The position numbers and the translations under genes were made by a program. DNA of 64,000 nt from Adineta vaga (lineage: Eukaryota > Animalia > Rotifera). Every line of letters starts with the position of its first letter. Position 1 is the stretch's first letter. This document shows positions 1 to 16,465 of this stretch, one piece after another. The DNA lies in NCBI GenBank assembly GCA_021613535.1, contig CP075494.1, positions 13,950,001-14,014,000 of the forward strand, given 5' to 3'. The notes under the pieces are model-generated. The model was not told where the DNA came from. It was given only the letters and a program-made list of their open reading frames with translations, and searched no databases.

Positions 1-2795
1 TTCACCTTTGTTCTAACCTTCAGACATAAACCAGAAGAATACAAACACGTATATATATATATACATATTCATATGAATATATGTATCATAAAAACTTCTA
101 CCTTCTGTCGCCCACTGGCTATTCTATGATGCAATCATTATTATTATTATTATCAAATGATAGTGATGATGATGATGATGATAGATTGATTAAAGAAAAG
201 AATAAGGACAATCTGACACCTAGACATTTGCATGTTCATACATCAATGATGAACTTCAAAAAAAAAGAACCTTACCCGATTGTATAGTGTGATAATTTCG
301 AAGGATGACAGAATTGTACTATAGCAGTAGTCGATTGCTTCTTGTGAATTATGAGTCCATTCCTTGTTTCTTTCTCTCATCCATCTATTTCTTCTCTCTC
401 TCTCTCGCTTCCTTTCTATTGAGTATTGGCCATATTGATTGAACGAGCGTAAAGAGAAATACGATACTTCTTTTTCTCCTTCTATCACTTTCGTTCGTTT
501 CTTTCTCTTTTACTTGTATTCATAGATCCACGTGCCAATTGATGGGTCAATAATGCAGATGTGAACATCAAGATTTTCCAATTGTAAAAACAAAAAAAAA
601 GAAAATAATTTTTTTTTCTAATTAAAAATCTCTGTGGGATATTATTTATATTTTCAATAATGAGATTTTAGTTAGAAAACAAAAAATTTACTTGTTCTCT
701 CTCTCTTACTCTTAACTATACTCATAGACGAATAACATTTGTTCACTTACTCTCAATTTCCATAGACAAACATGATGTATAGGTTTTTGTTGTTGTTGTT
801 GTTAGCTTAAATTTCAAAAGTCTATTCATGCATTAAACGAGTCTCAAGTAGATCGCTGATAAGTTCAAAACAGGTTCCTTTTCTTTCTCTTGTGTATAAA
901 AGATCAAACGAAAGAATACAGAATTGATTTGATTTTATGCATCATTACATATGTAGTTTTTCTTATTTCTTATATAATCTTGAAAAAACGACATATGTTT
1001 CGAAAGAAAAAGTAAATCTCAGATAAGAAATAAACATCGAAAATAATGCATTGATCAAATTAGTAATTGATCATTCTTTCAAGGATCTCTCTCGTCTGCT
1101 AAATGGATGCTCAAGTTGATCAAATGTGTACGTATGCCCAAAGGATATATTGAATTAAAAGAACAATAATATTCATCGTTTATTTTTCATCTGTGTGATA
1201 AATTTTTTTTCCCGCTGATTGTTGTTGGTACTTTTGCGTGATCACTCGTCAGACCGATACGGTGACACATGTTTGTGTTTGAACACCCACCGCCTGTCTC
1301 GACGTTTGTCACCGTTTGTGTGTATGTGTGTGAGATTTTATATTCATTAAATATAAAGACAACTCCCTCTAGTGAGAAATGAAGGGCAAGACGCGAGTGT
1401 AAATTCATATGTATTCAAAAAGGTAATCGTTTGACGAACACTCATCACATTGAGAACAATGTCCAAGTAGCCTCTCTATATTCTGTTTTACAAGTACATA
1501 GAGAAAGAGAGAAAGAATAGAACATACTTGAGAATAAATGTGAACTGCATCGATCATTATTAAAAACAGTGAAGGAATCGATGCTAATTTGATGGGAGAA
1601 CGCCCTTTTTTTTGGACTCTAACTAAGACATGCAATTCGAAATCATTTAATCATTTCTTTTGTTTTCTAGAAGATTGTACTGAGAAAGATTCATGCATAT
1701 CCAATCATGCGAGTGACGACAACGATAAGGATAAATTGGTGATGCAGGTCGGCGACTTGTACTCATCACTCGAAAAGAAAAAGCTTCCGGGTACAAAAAG
1801 CATCTATTAATGAATCAAGACTATCTTTTGTCAGATACTTGACCGAATAGATATATTCTAAATCAAGAGAACGAATGACCGTCTGTTCGATGTTTTGTCA
1901 ATAAACACGTCTGAATGAACTGATAGAAAAATTGACAAGTGAATATATGACAGGATGTTGACCATATGACTTGCATTGCCAATAGAGCATAACAAAGAAA
2001 AAAAAGAACAAATAGTCAAATTAAAAGAGAGAGAAAATTGAATGACTTTAAAATGGTACATTAAATAGAAATTAAAATTTCATTTATCAAACGTCACAAC
2101 GAGCTCTTCGTTATTTTCAAAGATCGATGAAAAGATTGATATGGTTAATTTTTTTTGTTAAAATGATTCACTATGATATTAGTAATTGCAAAAATTCAAT
2201 TGAAATTTGTATTCAAGTTAGATGAAGATACAAAACATCTGTTATACAGTTTCATCAATAAATATTATCTAGATAACGAATATATAATGAACAACTTTGC
2301 TATGTCATCGAGAAGATATGGAAATTATAGTTTTTCTTTATCAATTTAAATGATTATTAGTGTGATATGAGAAGATAAAACAAATACGTAACTATTCTGT
2401 TTCTTCTTGAAAATCATTTCTACATCGACTTAGATTATATGATTCAATAAACTTCTTTTTATTTACTTAAAAATTGGCCTTGTTATACTCATAAATTTCA
2501 TTTCTACAGATGTCGTAGGTATTCATTTGAACAATATTTTATATTCTGTTTGTTTTTGATTGAATAGTGAAAAGGTGGAGTATAGGTAACGACGTCAATA
2601 ATGAAGTTGTCGTCAAAGTATACGAGAGCTAATAAGTGACGTTATATGGATTTATATTTTATTATTATTTGTTTTTCTAAACGATTCGTTAGAAATAAAT
2701 TTCTTTTACTTTAGATGAATATATTCTTCTTCGTTGAATTGATATTTATTAACTTGAATTATACAATTGTTCATATATAAGTTTTGTTTTTACTC

Positions 2796-5608
<2,813 letters not shown>

Positions 5609-6604
5609 TCAAAATCCATTTTTGTTGTACAACCCAAACTAACAAATACACATCTTCTTTCCTTCTTGTTTCTCTTCTTTCTTTCTTTCTTTCTTTCTTC
5701 TTCAACACATCACTTCAATGGTTCTTTCGCGATTTCAATATGCTTGCGCTTTTCATATTTCAAACAAGTTCATTGTTAAATTTGAACACGATCAAGAAAA
5801 AATTCTTTCAATCGTCGATTCTTTCTCAACGTGGCAACAGTGAAAAATCAATTCAAAGATACAACTGGGTAACAATTCCTTCCTTTTTTTCATAATCTGA
5901 AATTGACATTATAACAAATGATTACATAAAGAAAACTAGAACATGTTTTGCAGTTTCTTCCTTTTGTGCTTCGGTTTTCTTTCTCTCTCTATGTGTTATC
6001 ACATCGTATGAATGACTCTAGGTAGAAAAAGAAACGTATATATGATTAAACAATGATATTGTTCGTTTAATAAATTTAATAAATATTCAAATGTCAATAA
6101 TTATCTTCATTGAAACTGAAAAAGTACATCCTATTCATTCGAGGACACAAATAAAAATAGAACATTGTACGTTAACACACAAGGATTCTTGTCATAGTTG
6201 CAATAGTTTTCTTTATTTATTTCAAATTGAAATGGCCTAACATACAACTCATTATCTCCAAGTTTTTCATTAGAAATCAAGTTTAAAAAGCGTTTCTTTG
6301 TACATTGAAATCGATGAAAATCCTCTGACATTTATCTTCAAACAAATGCAAGGAATAGAATTCTAATGATAAAATAGTCATACTTATTACAAATGCAAAA
6401 AAAAATCTATGAACGACGAGAATAATATAACATCAAATGAAAAGCAAATAGAGATAGTGTCAAACATCGCCTTTTTTTCTTCTCTTCTTTCATTTTCATT
6501 ATAAAAATAGCAACAGTCGGAAATCAAACTGTAGGTTTTCTTTCTCGTTTGTCACAATTTTGACGTGCACTAAATAATACTTGATTCATCTACAATAGAT
6601 TCGA

Positions 6605-7021
6605 ATGGAAAATTCATCAAGTATAGATTTATGTTAATCAAATTAAATCTAACTTTTTCATCGATTTTATTTAGATTCTTCATCCAATGAAGAAGCAATA
6701 TTAAAACGAATCTTATCAGATTCTAGTGTCGAAGGAATAATCATGGCAAATGAACAAGGACAACTTCAATATACATCATTTGATAATAATGCTACATTTC
6801 CTATTGTTTCAAAATTATTTTCTTTTACTGATATAGCTCGATCAACTATTCGTGATATTGATCCAACAGATGATTTAATAACATTACGCCTTCGAACACA
6901 AGATAAAGAAATGATGGTTGTTGCACCGGAAGATGGTATAAAAATCATTGCTATACAAAAAATTAAATCATCAATACCTACGAAAAAACAAACAGACGAT
7001 GAATATAACGATACTTTATAA
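6605..7021 (+). CDS. Dynein light chain Roadblock/LC7-family protein
   Basis: MENSS|..EEAILKRILSDSSVEGIIMANEQG...ARSTIRDIDPTDDLITLRLRTQDKEMMVV matches the Roadblock pattern (RDxDPxxDLxxLRxR). One short intron. Confidence 0.85.
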
Positions 7022-7168
7022 TATGTAAATCTCGAAATATCTCTGTATTACTATAAACAAAGAAAACTCTTTTTATATTTAAACTATACTTTCACTTAAT
7101 TGAGTAACGAATGACATTCAATTCATGTGTAAGATTTCAACATGAAATGTTGTTTAAAAGAAATGCAT

Positions 7169-9070
7169 TCAACAAAAAACTGAATAATAATCTTGAATAA
7201 ACTTTAATGTCTCTTCGTATGATAAATATTCTGTTCGATTCTTGTACACATCAATAACTTCACATAGATTTTCATTTGTCTAAATAAACCACAAAATTAT
7301 ATCAATAAAGAATTCCTCGAAAGAAATATCTTACTGCTCGTTTTCCAAATGCAATTACAATTGGTATACCCATTCGTTGACAATCTTTTACTCGATATCC
7401 AATTGTTAAGTCAGTACGATCATCAACAAACCATTCATTATTATCAAGTTGTAATAAACGTCCGAGCGTTTTTTCATTACCATTCATTTCTTCGGAACTA
7501 CCTTTCTATTTAATCTACAAAATTTTAACATTCGAAATTATCAAATCGATACGAACTTTTGGTGGAAGAATAGCAACTTGATAGGGAACGATTCGTCTTG
7601 GCCAACGAATATCATTTGATTCTCTTGGTGTAAGTATTTCAACTGTTGCTGCCATTAAACGAGTTAAACCAATTCCATAACAACCCATGATTAATGGTCT
7701 ATTTATAGAAGAAATTCATTGAAATTGAACGGTAGAATGATTTCTACTTTTTATCAGCAGCGGCTACATCCGATGAACCTTCAGTGACATTGAATGCTTT
7801 TGTATAACGATCACCAAGAAGAAAACAATGACCAAGTTCAATAGCTCGTTGTTCAATTTTTTCCGAATGTTCACATTGACTTTTATTCTTTAAATAACCA
7901 CGATTACATCTAAATATAGATGATAGTATACAATTCACATTTGTAATTATCTACAAACTTTGAACAAGTAAGTATTGAATCTTCACCAACAGATGATACT
8001 GCTAAAAATTCATGATTTAATGATCCACCCATCAAACCACTATCAGCTGGTACTAAAAAGAAAAAAGATGAAATATCGTGTTATTCAATAATTCATACAA
8101 ATAAAAACCTTTAAAATATTTCAATTCTAATTTTTGAAATATTCGTTCATATGCATCACATACTTGTTCATATACTCGATTTGCACATTCATCATCTCTA
8201 TGAAAACTATATAAATCTAAATAGGAAATCCATAAACAACAAATTGAAAAAAAAATTCTTCTCGGAACCTTTCATTAGAAATTCTTTTGTTCGTAAAAGA
8301 CCATGACGATAATTTGGTTCATTACGATATTTCCATGTAATCTAGATTTGCTAATGATATATATTCAATTTCTTTCGATAAAAAAGAACAAGAGAAATTA
8401 TGAAGCAATGTACCTGATAGAGAAGTAATGGGTAATTAGTTCGTGGAAGTGATTTACACACAGATGAAACAAGTTTTGTTATTGCTTCTTCATGAGTCTA
8501 CAATTCAAGAAGTATCTTTTCTATTGCCAGAGAAAGTATCCCTTTTATTACATACTGGACTCAAACAGTATTCTTCATCATGATCTTGAAATTTAAATAA
8601 TTCATTATGCATTAAATTCCATCGATCTAAAATCATTTAGACTGATGAGAAGATCATTCAATGATTAATCATACATTCATACCACTAGTTTCCCACAGTT
8701 TCTTTCGACCAATTGCTGGAAGTGATAATTCTTGTCCACCAACAAGATTCATTTCAGTTCGAATGACATTTTTTAATTTATTTAACACACGAAAACCTAA
8801 AACTCAATAAAATTTATGTATTCATGATAGTTTCTTCATTACCTAACGGTAATAATTGCGGAAATCCATGTTCAACACTATGGACAATAGCTGCTTCTTG
8901 CAGTAACTAATTGAAAATTATTTAAATTCTCAAATCTGTAGAAAAGATTATAGATGAATACATACTGTTTGACTGTTTGATTTGCTATCTCGTGGAAGAT
9001 GAACTGGTGTTGGAAGAAATAAACGTGAACGTTGTTGAATCGCTCGACGAATAGACGTAAGAAAAACCAT
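7169..9070 (-). CDS. PARS2: Mitochondrial prolyl-tRNA synthetase
   Basis: Exons give [75 protein letters not shown] and anticodon-domain VDDR. N-terminus is Arg-rich ([18 protein letters not shown]). Confidence 0.92.
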
Positions 9071-9161
9071 GAGATCTGAAAAATGAAAATGTTCTTAGTC
9101 ACATATTTAAATACCTAAAACTATTAGTTTTGAAATTTATGGAGAAGTTAAATACAATTTT

Positions 9162-9640
9162 TTATCGTTTAATAATAAATGTGTCAGTTGTTAATTTATC
9201 AATGGATTTTTCATTTGTAAATTCAGTTTTTGTTATTTTGGATTTTGGACTTCCTGTTTTTTGAAGCCATTCTTTCATTTCGTCGATATTTAGTTTCACA
9301 CCTTCCATATGGCCATGAACTGATTTTGATTTGGTATTTTCAACCCAACCAACGAGATTCAATTTTTTAGCTTGATCATGAGTATGTTGACGAAAATAGA
9401 CACCTTGTACCGTGCCATATACATGAAAATCACATGAACGTAATGATTTTGATGAAGTATTCAGTTGATCTTTGCCTGATGTCGATGAATCCGAAAGAGA
9501 CGATACTAAAAAGAAGATTTTATTTTCATATAAAAACTTGAATGAAACATTGAAAACGTTTTACTTGGTTGGATTAAACATACACGATTGACTATTTCAA
9601 AAAACCGGTAAGCATACAGACTGCGAGCCAGAATACTCAT
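9162..9640 (-). CDS. ACYP: Acylphosphatase with N-terminal extension
   Basis: DFHVYGTVQGVYFR...LVGWVENT acylphosphatase signature. ATG at 9640 with one intron. Confidence 0.9.
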
Positions 9641-9923
9641 TATTTCTAATTCAGAATCAGAAATCAATTCGTTTTTCTTCTTTTGATCTTGAATTGTACA
9701 GATGGAAATAATACTGATGTTTCATTCGTAAAAATTTTCTGATCGATGTCGGCAAGCTTTCGCAGATGACGCTATCTATTGGTTTTGACATTATATGTGT
9801 GTCATTTTCATATCTCTCGTCGATAAATATAATATTGAGATCGAATGAAGAAATTCTATGTTTATTAGTGAATTTATTACGGTAGAATACCAATCAAAAT
9901 TGACAAAATAATGATCTTCGGAG

Positions 9924-10316
9924 AAAATTGAACTTTTCTATTCGTTCATTGCCTTGCTGACCAAATAAAAAACATGCAGGACGTTGAAGTTGATTAGCAT
10001 TTCTTCCAGGACTGTTAAACTGTTTGATATCAGCACTTCACCTGTTTCTCCTATCTTCCAATATCTTAGTTCATATTTTAGACGATCACAAACATACAGA
10101 TATCCATCAGTTTTTACTAATCAATACATGTGTTGGACCACACAACTGATCATTTTGTTTTCCAAATTCATTTTTATGGCTACAACCGCTTGTGGCATCT
10201 TTCATTAATTTCAAAATACGATGATTATAATAATCAGCAATACACACACCATGTGGGAAGGATAGTCGATCAAGTCCACTGCCATATCTATCTTTACCAA
10301 TGACAATCCTTTCAAG
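9924..10316 (-). pseudogene. Decayed NHL-repeat gene remnant
   Basis: Frameshifted fragments YGSGLDRLSFPHGVCIADYYNHRILK, GKQNDQLCGPTHVLI, YLYVCDR, GRNANQLQRP and NERIEKF are NHL beta-propeller motifs carrying deletions. Confidence 0.7.
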
Positions 10317-11971
10317 TTTATATGTATACTAAGAAAAAGATCCCATGTCTAAATAATTGCAACATGATGGCACGAGTTTTCAATGTTATAAATCTCAAAT
10401 GATTCATGTTTTTTGTCTTCGTAGTGGAAAAAAATACAAAAAAAAATATTTGTTATTCTATTTCCACTTTTGAAACATGTGCACATATCTTGTTTTGTTA
10501 TTTGATGATTATACAGATGTGTCTAGCAATGATCATAGCTAATTGTGACGCATCGGTTGATGTTATCATTTGTTTTCTAACAGAGGAGAACAATCTCTGT
10601 ATCGAGAAAACATGATATAAAAGTTCACAGACTATATTTGTCTACTGTATCACTATCATTGATCGGCATCTTTTCTAATTCGAACAACTGGTGCATTGTA
10701 TGTTTTTGTTATGTACATTCACGGTTGGATATCAGATATAATTAAGGATATTACACAAATAGTAGAATACATGCATGCATAATTGGATCGTCTTGCTGAT
10801 TTTTGTAGTCTTATTAGATGCCTGCAGGCGAAAACATTTCAACGTTAAGGATGTAAGACTATTTCATTATCAAAAGAATTCATATATGTTCATAGGATAA
10901 GAAACCATATCATTGTGGATACGTGTGAGTTATGATATTAGATAGTAGAAACCTTTGAAAAAAAGAAAGGTAAATGACAAGTTAGAAGAATTCATTAGTT
11001 GCGATATTATCAATTCGTAAATCATTAATTAAATTTGTTAAGAGATAGATCACCAACATATCCGATCGTTGAATCAACTATTCTTTTCAGAAAACGGACA
11101 AGTCGGACATAGTTCATTCGATCAAAGAGAAGTTGATTTAATTGTACATGTAAGTATCAATTGATTATGTAAAAGAATAGTTTCTACTTTCACCGATCTT
11201 TTGTCAAGATGATTAAATGACCAGAACAAGAGATCATTATATTAATAAGATAAAAGATTACATCTATAATGGACATTCGTAATCATTAGTTCGTTGTCAA
11301 CAAGAGTATAATAGCTTTCAAGTGGATGACACACACCTTCTATACATAGACAAAGTATAGTTTGTCTGCGATTCAACCAGATGTAATTATTGGTTATACG
11401 AGACAATTGAGGTATGTCTGAAATTATATAGCATTTATAAAATATACATACATCTCAAACGATCAATTTCTTCTAGAAGACAAACATATTTGTCTAATTG
11501 TCTGTCTATGTTCATTCTTTTGTGTTAAGTTAACTCTAGTTTTGAAATATATTATCTATTCCGTTGAGATTAAATCTATGCATATATACGTGCGTGTTAA
11601 TAGTGACCTTGTCTTATGAGTATGAGAGAGAGAGAAAAAAAGTTGTTGATGGTCATTTAACAGACTTTAGATAATCTCGTGTTCGCTTTTCTTTTTTTCC
11701 TCTGGGAATAAATGAATATACATACATATTGATTTAACTCTAGTAACACACATGCACGCACATTCTATCTGATGATGTAACAATCACACATTCTTCTAAG
11801 TCTTTGTCATTTTTTTTTCTTCTCAATCAATACAATAGACAGAAAGGAAAAAAACACACACATACACAAACAAATGTACAAGTATCTGACTTGAATTGTC
11901 TTGATCAAAACATATGTTCTTTCGAAAATAGATTGTTCATCATCATCACCGGTAACAAAAGCCATTGTTTC

Positions 11972-14900
11972 TTAAAGATAATATTCATTCAATGGTATTA
12001 TATTTCGATAATTAAATGTTGTTGAGCCAAGTATTTTATTATATTCATGATTATTTTCAAAATTTTGTTCCGATGATTTCAATTGTATTGTTTGAATACG
12101 TTTATTCTGTTGATATTTTGTTATTAAATTAACATTATTACCAGGCGATGATGATGATGAAGAAGATAATGGAGATGATGATACTGAATTTGTGTCTTGA
12201 TCTTTACGAAGAATAATATATTTCTCATTGGATGAAACAAGCAATTTGCCAGTTGATTTATGATGATGATGAACATCCATTTCAGATGAACCATAACAGG
12301 AATCATTTGATGATGAACTTGTCTCACTATTTGCATTGATTTTCAGATTGATATTTGTCATATCAACAAGATCATCATTGAGTAAACTATGATTCTGAAA
12401 TGAAATATGACTTTTTGTACGAATGAAAAATGTAAATTTAATGAAATTTACTTCAGTAAAACCAATTTGATCTTTGAGAATTTTTAAATGTGTCGATTTA
12501 TCTACAAATATTTGTTGACGTTGTCGATAAACAAAATAAAATACTAAACAAATAAGAATTAAAATGACTGTAAAGACATTGAATATAATAATAAATTCAA
12601 TAGTATATGTATAATTTGATGATGAAAGAATTTGTTCAATTGTAACTGTATTTGAATAAAAAATCAAATGTATTGTTTCATTTGTTATTCGATATGTTGA
12701 ATATTGATCATTATCATTAATAGATATGAAGAGATCCATCATACCAAGACAATGTTCAGTTGGATTGACTTGAAGTGTACCATTGGAAGAACAAGTTACA
12801 TTACATTTGACAGCATTTTCACATTGATATGAGAGAAAACTTGAAGGTGAGGAATCACGATCAAATGCATCGATATCGATGGAACTGATATTATCAATAT
12901 TAATGTAAATTAAACGAGAATTGAGATGAATTTCTGGTGAATATTCATTAATAGGTTGAAGACAAATTTCAATAGGACAAGTTGAATTCAATCCATAGAT
13001 ATTATGAGCAATGACAAAGAAATTTCGACAGGAAGGATTAATATCATAATCAAGTAATGTATTAACGAATAATTCACCTGTTAAAGAATTAATTCGAAAA
13101 TCTGATGTTGTCAAAGAATAATTAATAGATTGTTCATTAGAATGTTTAATTCGGATGAAACCAATAGATGAATTAATTGATATAGTTTCATTAATATGAT
13201 GAAATGAATAATTATTTTGTTCAAATTTTGGTTTAAATAAAATTTTAATCGTACAAAACACATCTGTATGTAATGTTGTTGGATATTTTCCATGATCTTG
13301 TGCTCGAATAGTTAGATTATAAATTGATTGATTGAGATTTTTATGTACAAATAATTCTCCGGTAGTTTCATCGAGAGAAAATATTTGAGAATATTCATTT
13401 GACATTAATCGATATGATATTTGACTATTTTCATTCGAATCTTCATCTGTAGCTTGAAATTGAATAATAGATCCAGGATATTCTTCTTCAGCTTGAAGAG
13501 AAAGTTCATAGAATGATTGAGAAAATTTCGGTGATGAATCATTGATATCATTAATAATCAATTGAAGATCACGAATTGTTTGTTGACGAAGTTTTTCACC
13601 GAAATCTTCAACAATTAAACGAAATGAATAATTTGATTGTTGTTCATGATCAAATAATTGAGCTGTATAAACTGAAAACATATTATTTAATGTATTTGTA
13701 ATATTTGATTTTAATGAATTCGATGTTTCAATCCAACATTGAACTTTACCATTGAGATTTGAATCAGCATCTTGAACTAAAATATGCATTAGTAAAGTAT
13801 TTAATGGCGTTTCTTCACTAATATATAAAGTATCATTATGAAATTGGAAATAATCCGATATACGAATATTAATCAATGGTTTATTATCATTTTCATCTTC
13901 AACATTGACAATAATAAGATTATAGACAGGAACAGAAACAGGACCTGAATCTTGTGCAATTATAGGTATACGATATTCTTTATATTGTTCATAATCAAGT
14001 GATTGATGTAGAAATAATTCACCTGTTTGTGAATTTAATCGAAATGTTTGACGAATGAGTGCTGAAACTTGAGGACTAAAATTATAAACAACTCGACCAT
14101 TTTCATTTGAATCATGATCTGTAGCATGAACACGAAGAAGAACTTTATCTGGCGATGGTATTCTGTTTTCAGAGATATTGACAATGTATGGAGTTTGTTG
14201 ATCAAAGATAGGAACATTATCATTAATATCATTGATAGAAATATGAATAGATATTGTAGTTGTATGATTTCCTTGATCACGAGCAGTTAATTTTACTTCA
14301 TAAAAATCTTGAATTTCACGATCTAATGGTTCAGTAACGTTCAGAGCTATACAGAAAAAAACGTCAGATAAATGTGAATGTAAAGGAGAGAAATCAAAGA
14401 AAATCTCTACCAATTTGATTTGAACCAAATGAAATCAATTCAAATGGAATTTTTGTTGTTTTTTCCAACCAATAGACCAGTTCATCATCTTCACCATCTT
14501 TATCTGTGGCACTTGGAATTGGTAGTACATGTCCAACTAAAGAAGAAGAAGATAGAATGTATACTACTGTTCCAATAATGAGACTCGCCAACGATTAAAA
14601 CTCCAATTAGCTTTAAGAATGTTAGAAAAGGTCAATTATTGTGTAATGAACATACATACCAGGAACGCCTTCACTGATATTTAACTGGATAGCTTGAACA
14701 TCTCTTGTATTATCGACAAATTGTGGTCGAAATTCATTAATATCTTCAACAGTTAATATCAATGAAATAATATCTCGTGGTTGACCATTTTCTTTCAAAA
14801 CAAAATCCATATTAATTTCACATGGATAACAACGAGAGTTTTCACATAATTTTATTCGACAAAATTCTTCTCGATCTATTAAACGACTTGTACGTAATTT

Positions 14901-15110
14901 CTGTCCATCGACAAGAAAATATGTTGTATATGGTGAATTAAGATTTAAAAATTCCATTGTTTGTTGATAATCCATGGTAAGCATTTGATCAAGTGATATA
15001 ATTGTATGATATAAATCCACATTTTCTTTCACCGATGCACGATATTTCAATCGTGATGATGATACGAATGAAAGAAAACAAAGAATTAATAGTATATCAA
15101 TTCGTTGCAT
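11972..15110 (-). CDS. Protocadherin-like protein (signal peptide, 6-7 cadherin repeats, TM, cytoplasmic tail)
   Basis: IDREEFC in EC1, LDRE/LDYE and DxNDN/DxD motifs, TM segment IIIFNVFTVILILICLVFYFVY, three short introns. Confidence 0.9.
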
Positions 15111-16465
15111 GATTGAAAAACAATCGGAAAAGTTTGTTATACCTTTCTTGACAAACAAGTTTCTAATGTATGAGTTATGTAGGCTTGATGATCAACGAAT
15201 GTCTATTAAGTAAAGAACAAATGCAAGTAGAGAGAAAGAGAGAACGAGAAGAGAACGAGAGAGAGAAAGAAAAGAAAAAGATCTATATATATATGTGTGT
15301 GTATACAATCTAGCAGAGAAAAGGAAGTTGCTTACTGACCAACTAGATTATTAAGAGTGTTATTGAATAAAAGATGATTTAAATGAGAATTTATCTCGAA
15401 TCTGAAGTTAATCATCTATATGTCAGAAATCTATGTACACAAGTGATTGTGTAAAATGTTAAATGTATTGTCTGCATGAGTAACCAAGCTTGAATAATGA
15501 AAGCTGAATGAGTTAATAGTTGTCGCTTCAACTAGTGGAATTTTCTCGAGAGATTTCGTTTTTAAAATAACATTTTTTATTCTTTGATAGAAATGATAAG
15601 AATGACAATTCTTCTTCGCCCGTTTTTTTGTTCATACTGTCTTCAAGTCTCAAGAGAAACAGTGATTAATATATCAAACTCGTCTTCAATGATAATGATG
15701 ATGAACATTGAATTGCTGGAAATTAATTAAAAATAATATATTTTCAATGTCTTTCATCGATTATCAACAGTTCATCCATTAAAGGCTGTTATTAATATAG
15801 TATAGTAATAGAAGACAATATTCAATGTAGAGGAGAAGAAGAAAAAAAGAACTCGGATAAATCAAGGATTGTGTCAGATCTAATTTCTTCATTACAATTT
15901 CTCCAATTAACTTGTTACAGAGAGTTAACAATTCATTGTCATTCAGCTTTGTCAAGATATAGTTTTTAATCATCATGGCAGGAAAATGATATATACATGT
16001 CATTTTTTTCCCCTTCTTGTTCGTTCTTATTTGCAATCCATTAGCCAGTCGATGATGAACGTATTAATAGTGGACATTGCGTGTCCATTTATAATGGAAG
16101 ACAAGAAAAGAATGTGTATAGAACATGTACTTGACTATTTTAATCAAGCGAGACGAGAAAAACTTCACTTCCTCCTCCTCCTCCTCCTTCTTCTTCTATT
16201 TTGATTTATCACTTCGATTCATTTATGTCCATTATCGTTCCAATATAATTATATTTAGTAAGACGAGACAAGCATAAACTTTCGTGTTTGATTTTCAAGA
16301 GTATACTAGCCATCTGTATGTGTCAACTCAATTGTCTGAATTGGATAGAACTAAAAAGAGAAGAAGGAAAAAAAGAGAGAATGAATGTTAAGTGCCGGCG
16401 TCATCGTTAACGATAAATCAACTATTGTGTAGGCTATCATCACTTCTTTCCATGCGTCAAAATAC

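Noticed and set aside
81-2061. Short ORFs at the window start
   Set aside because: Low-complexity or microsatellite-driven, with no recognisable domain or consistent exon chain.
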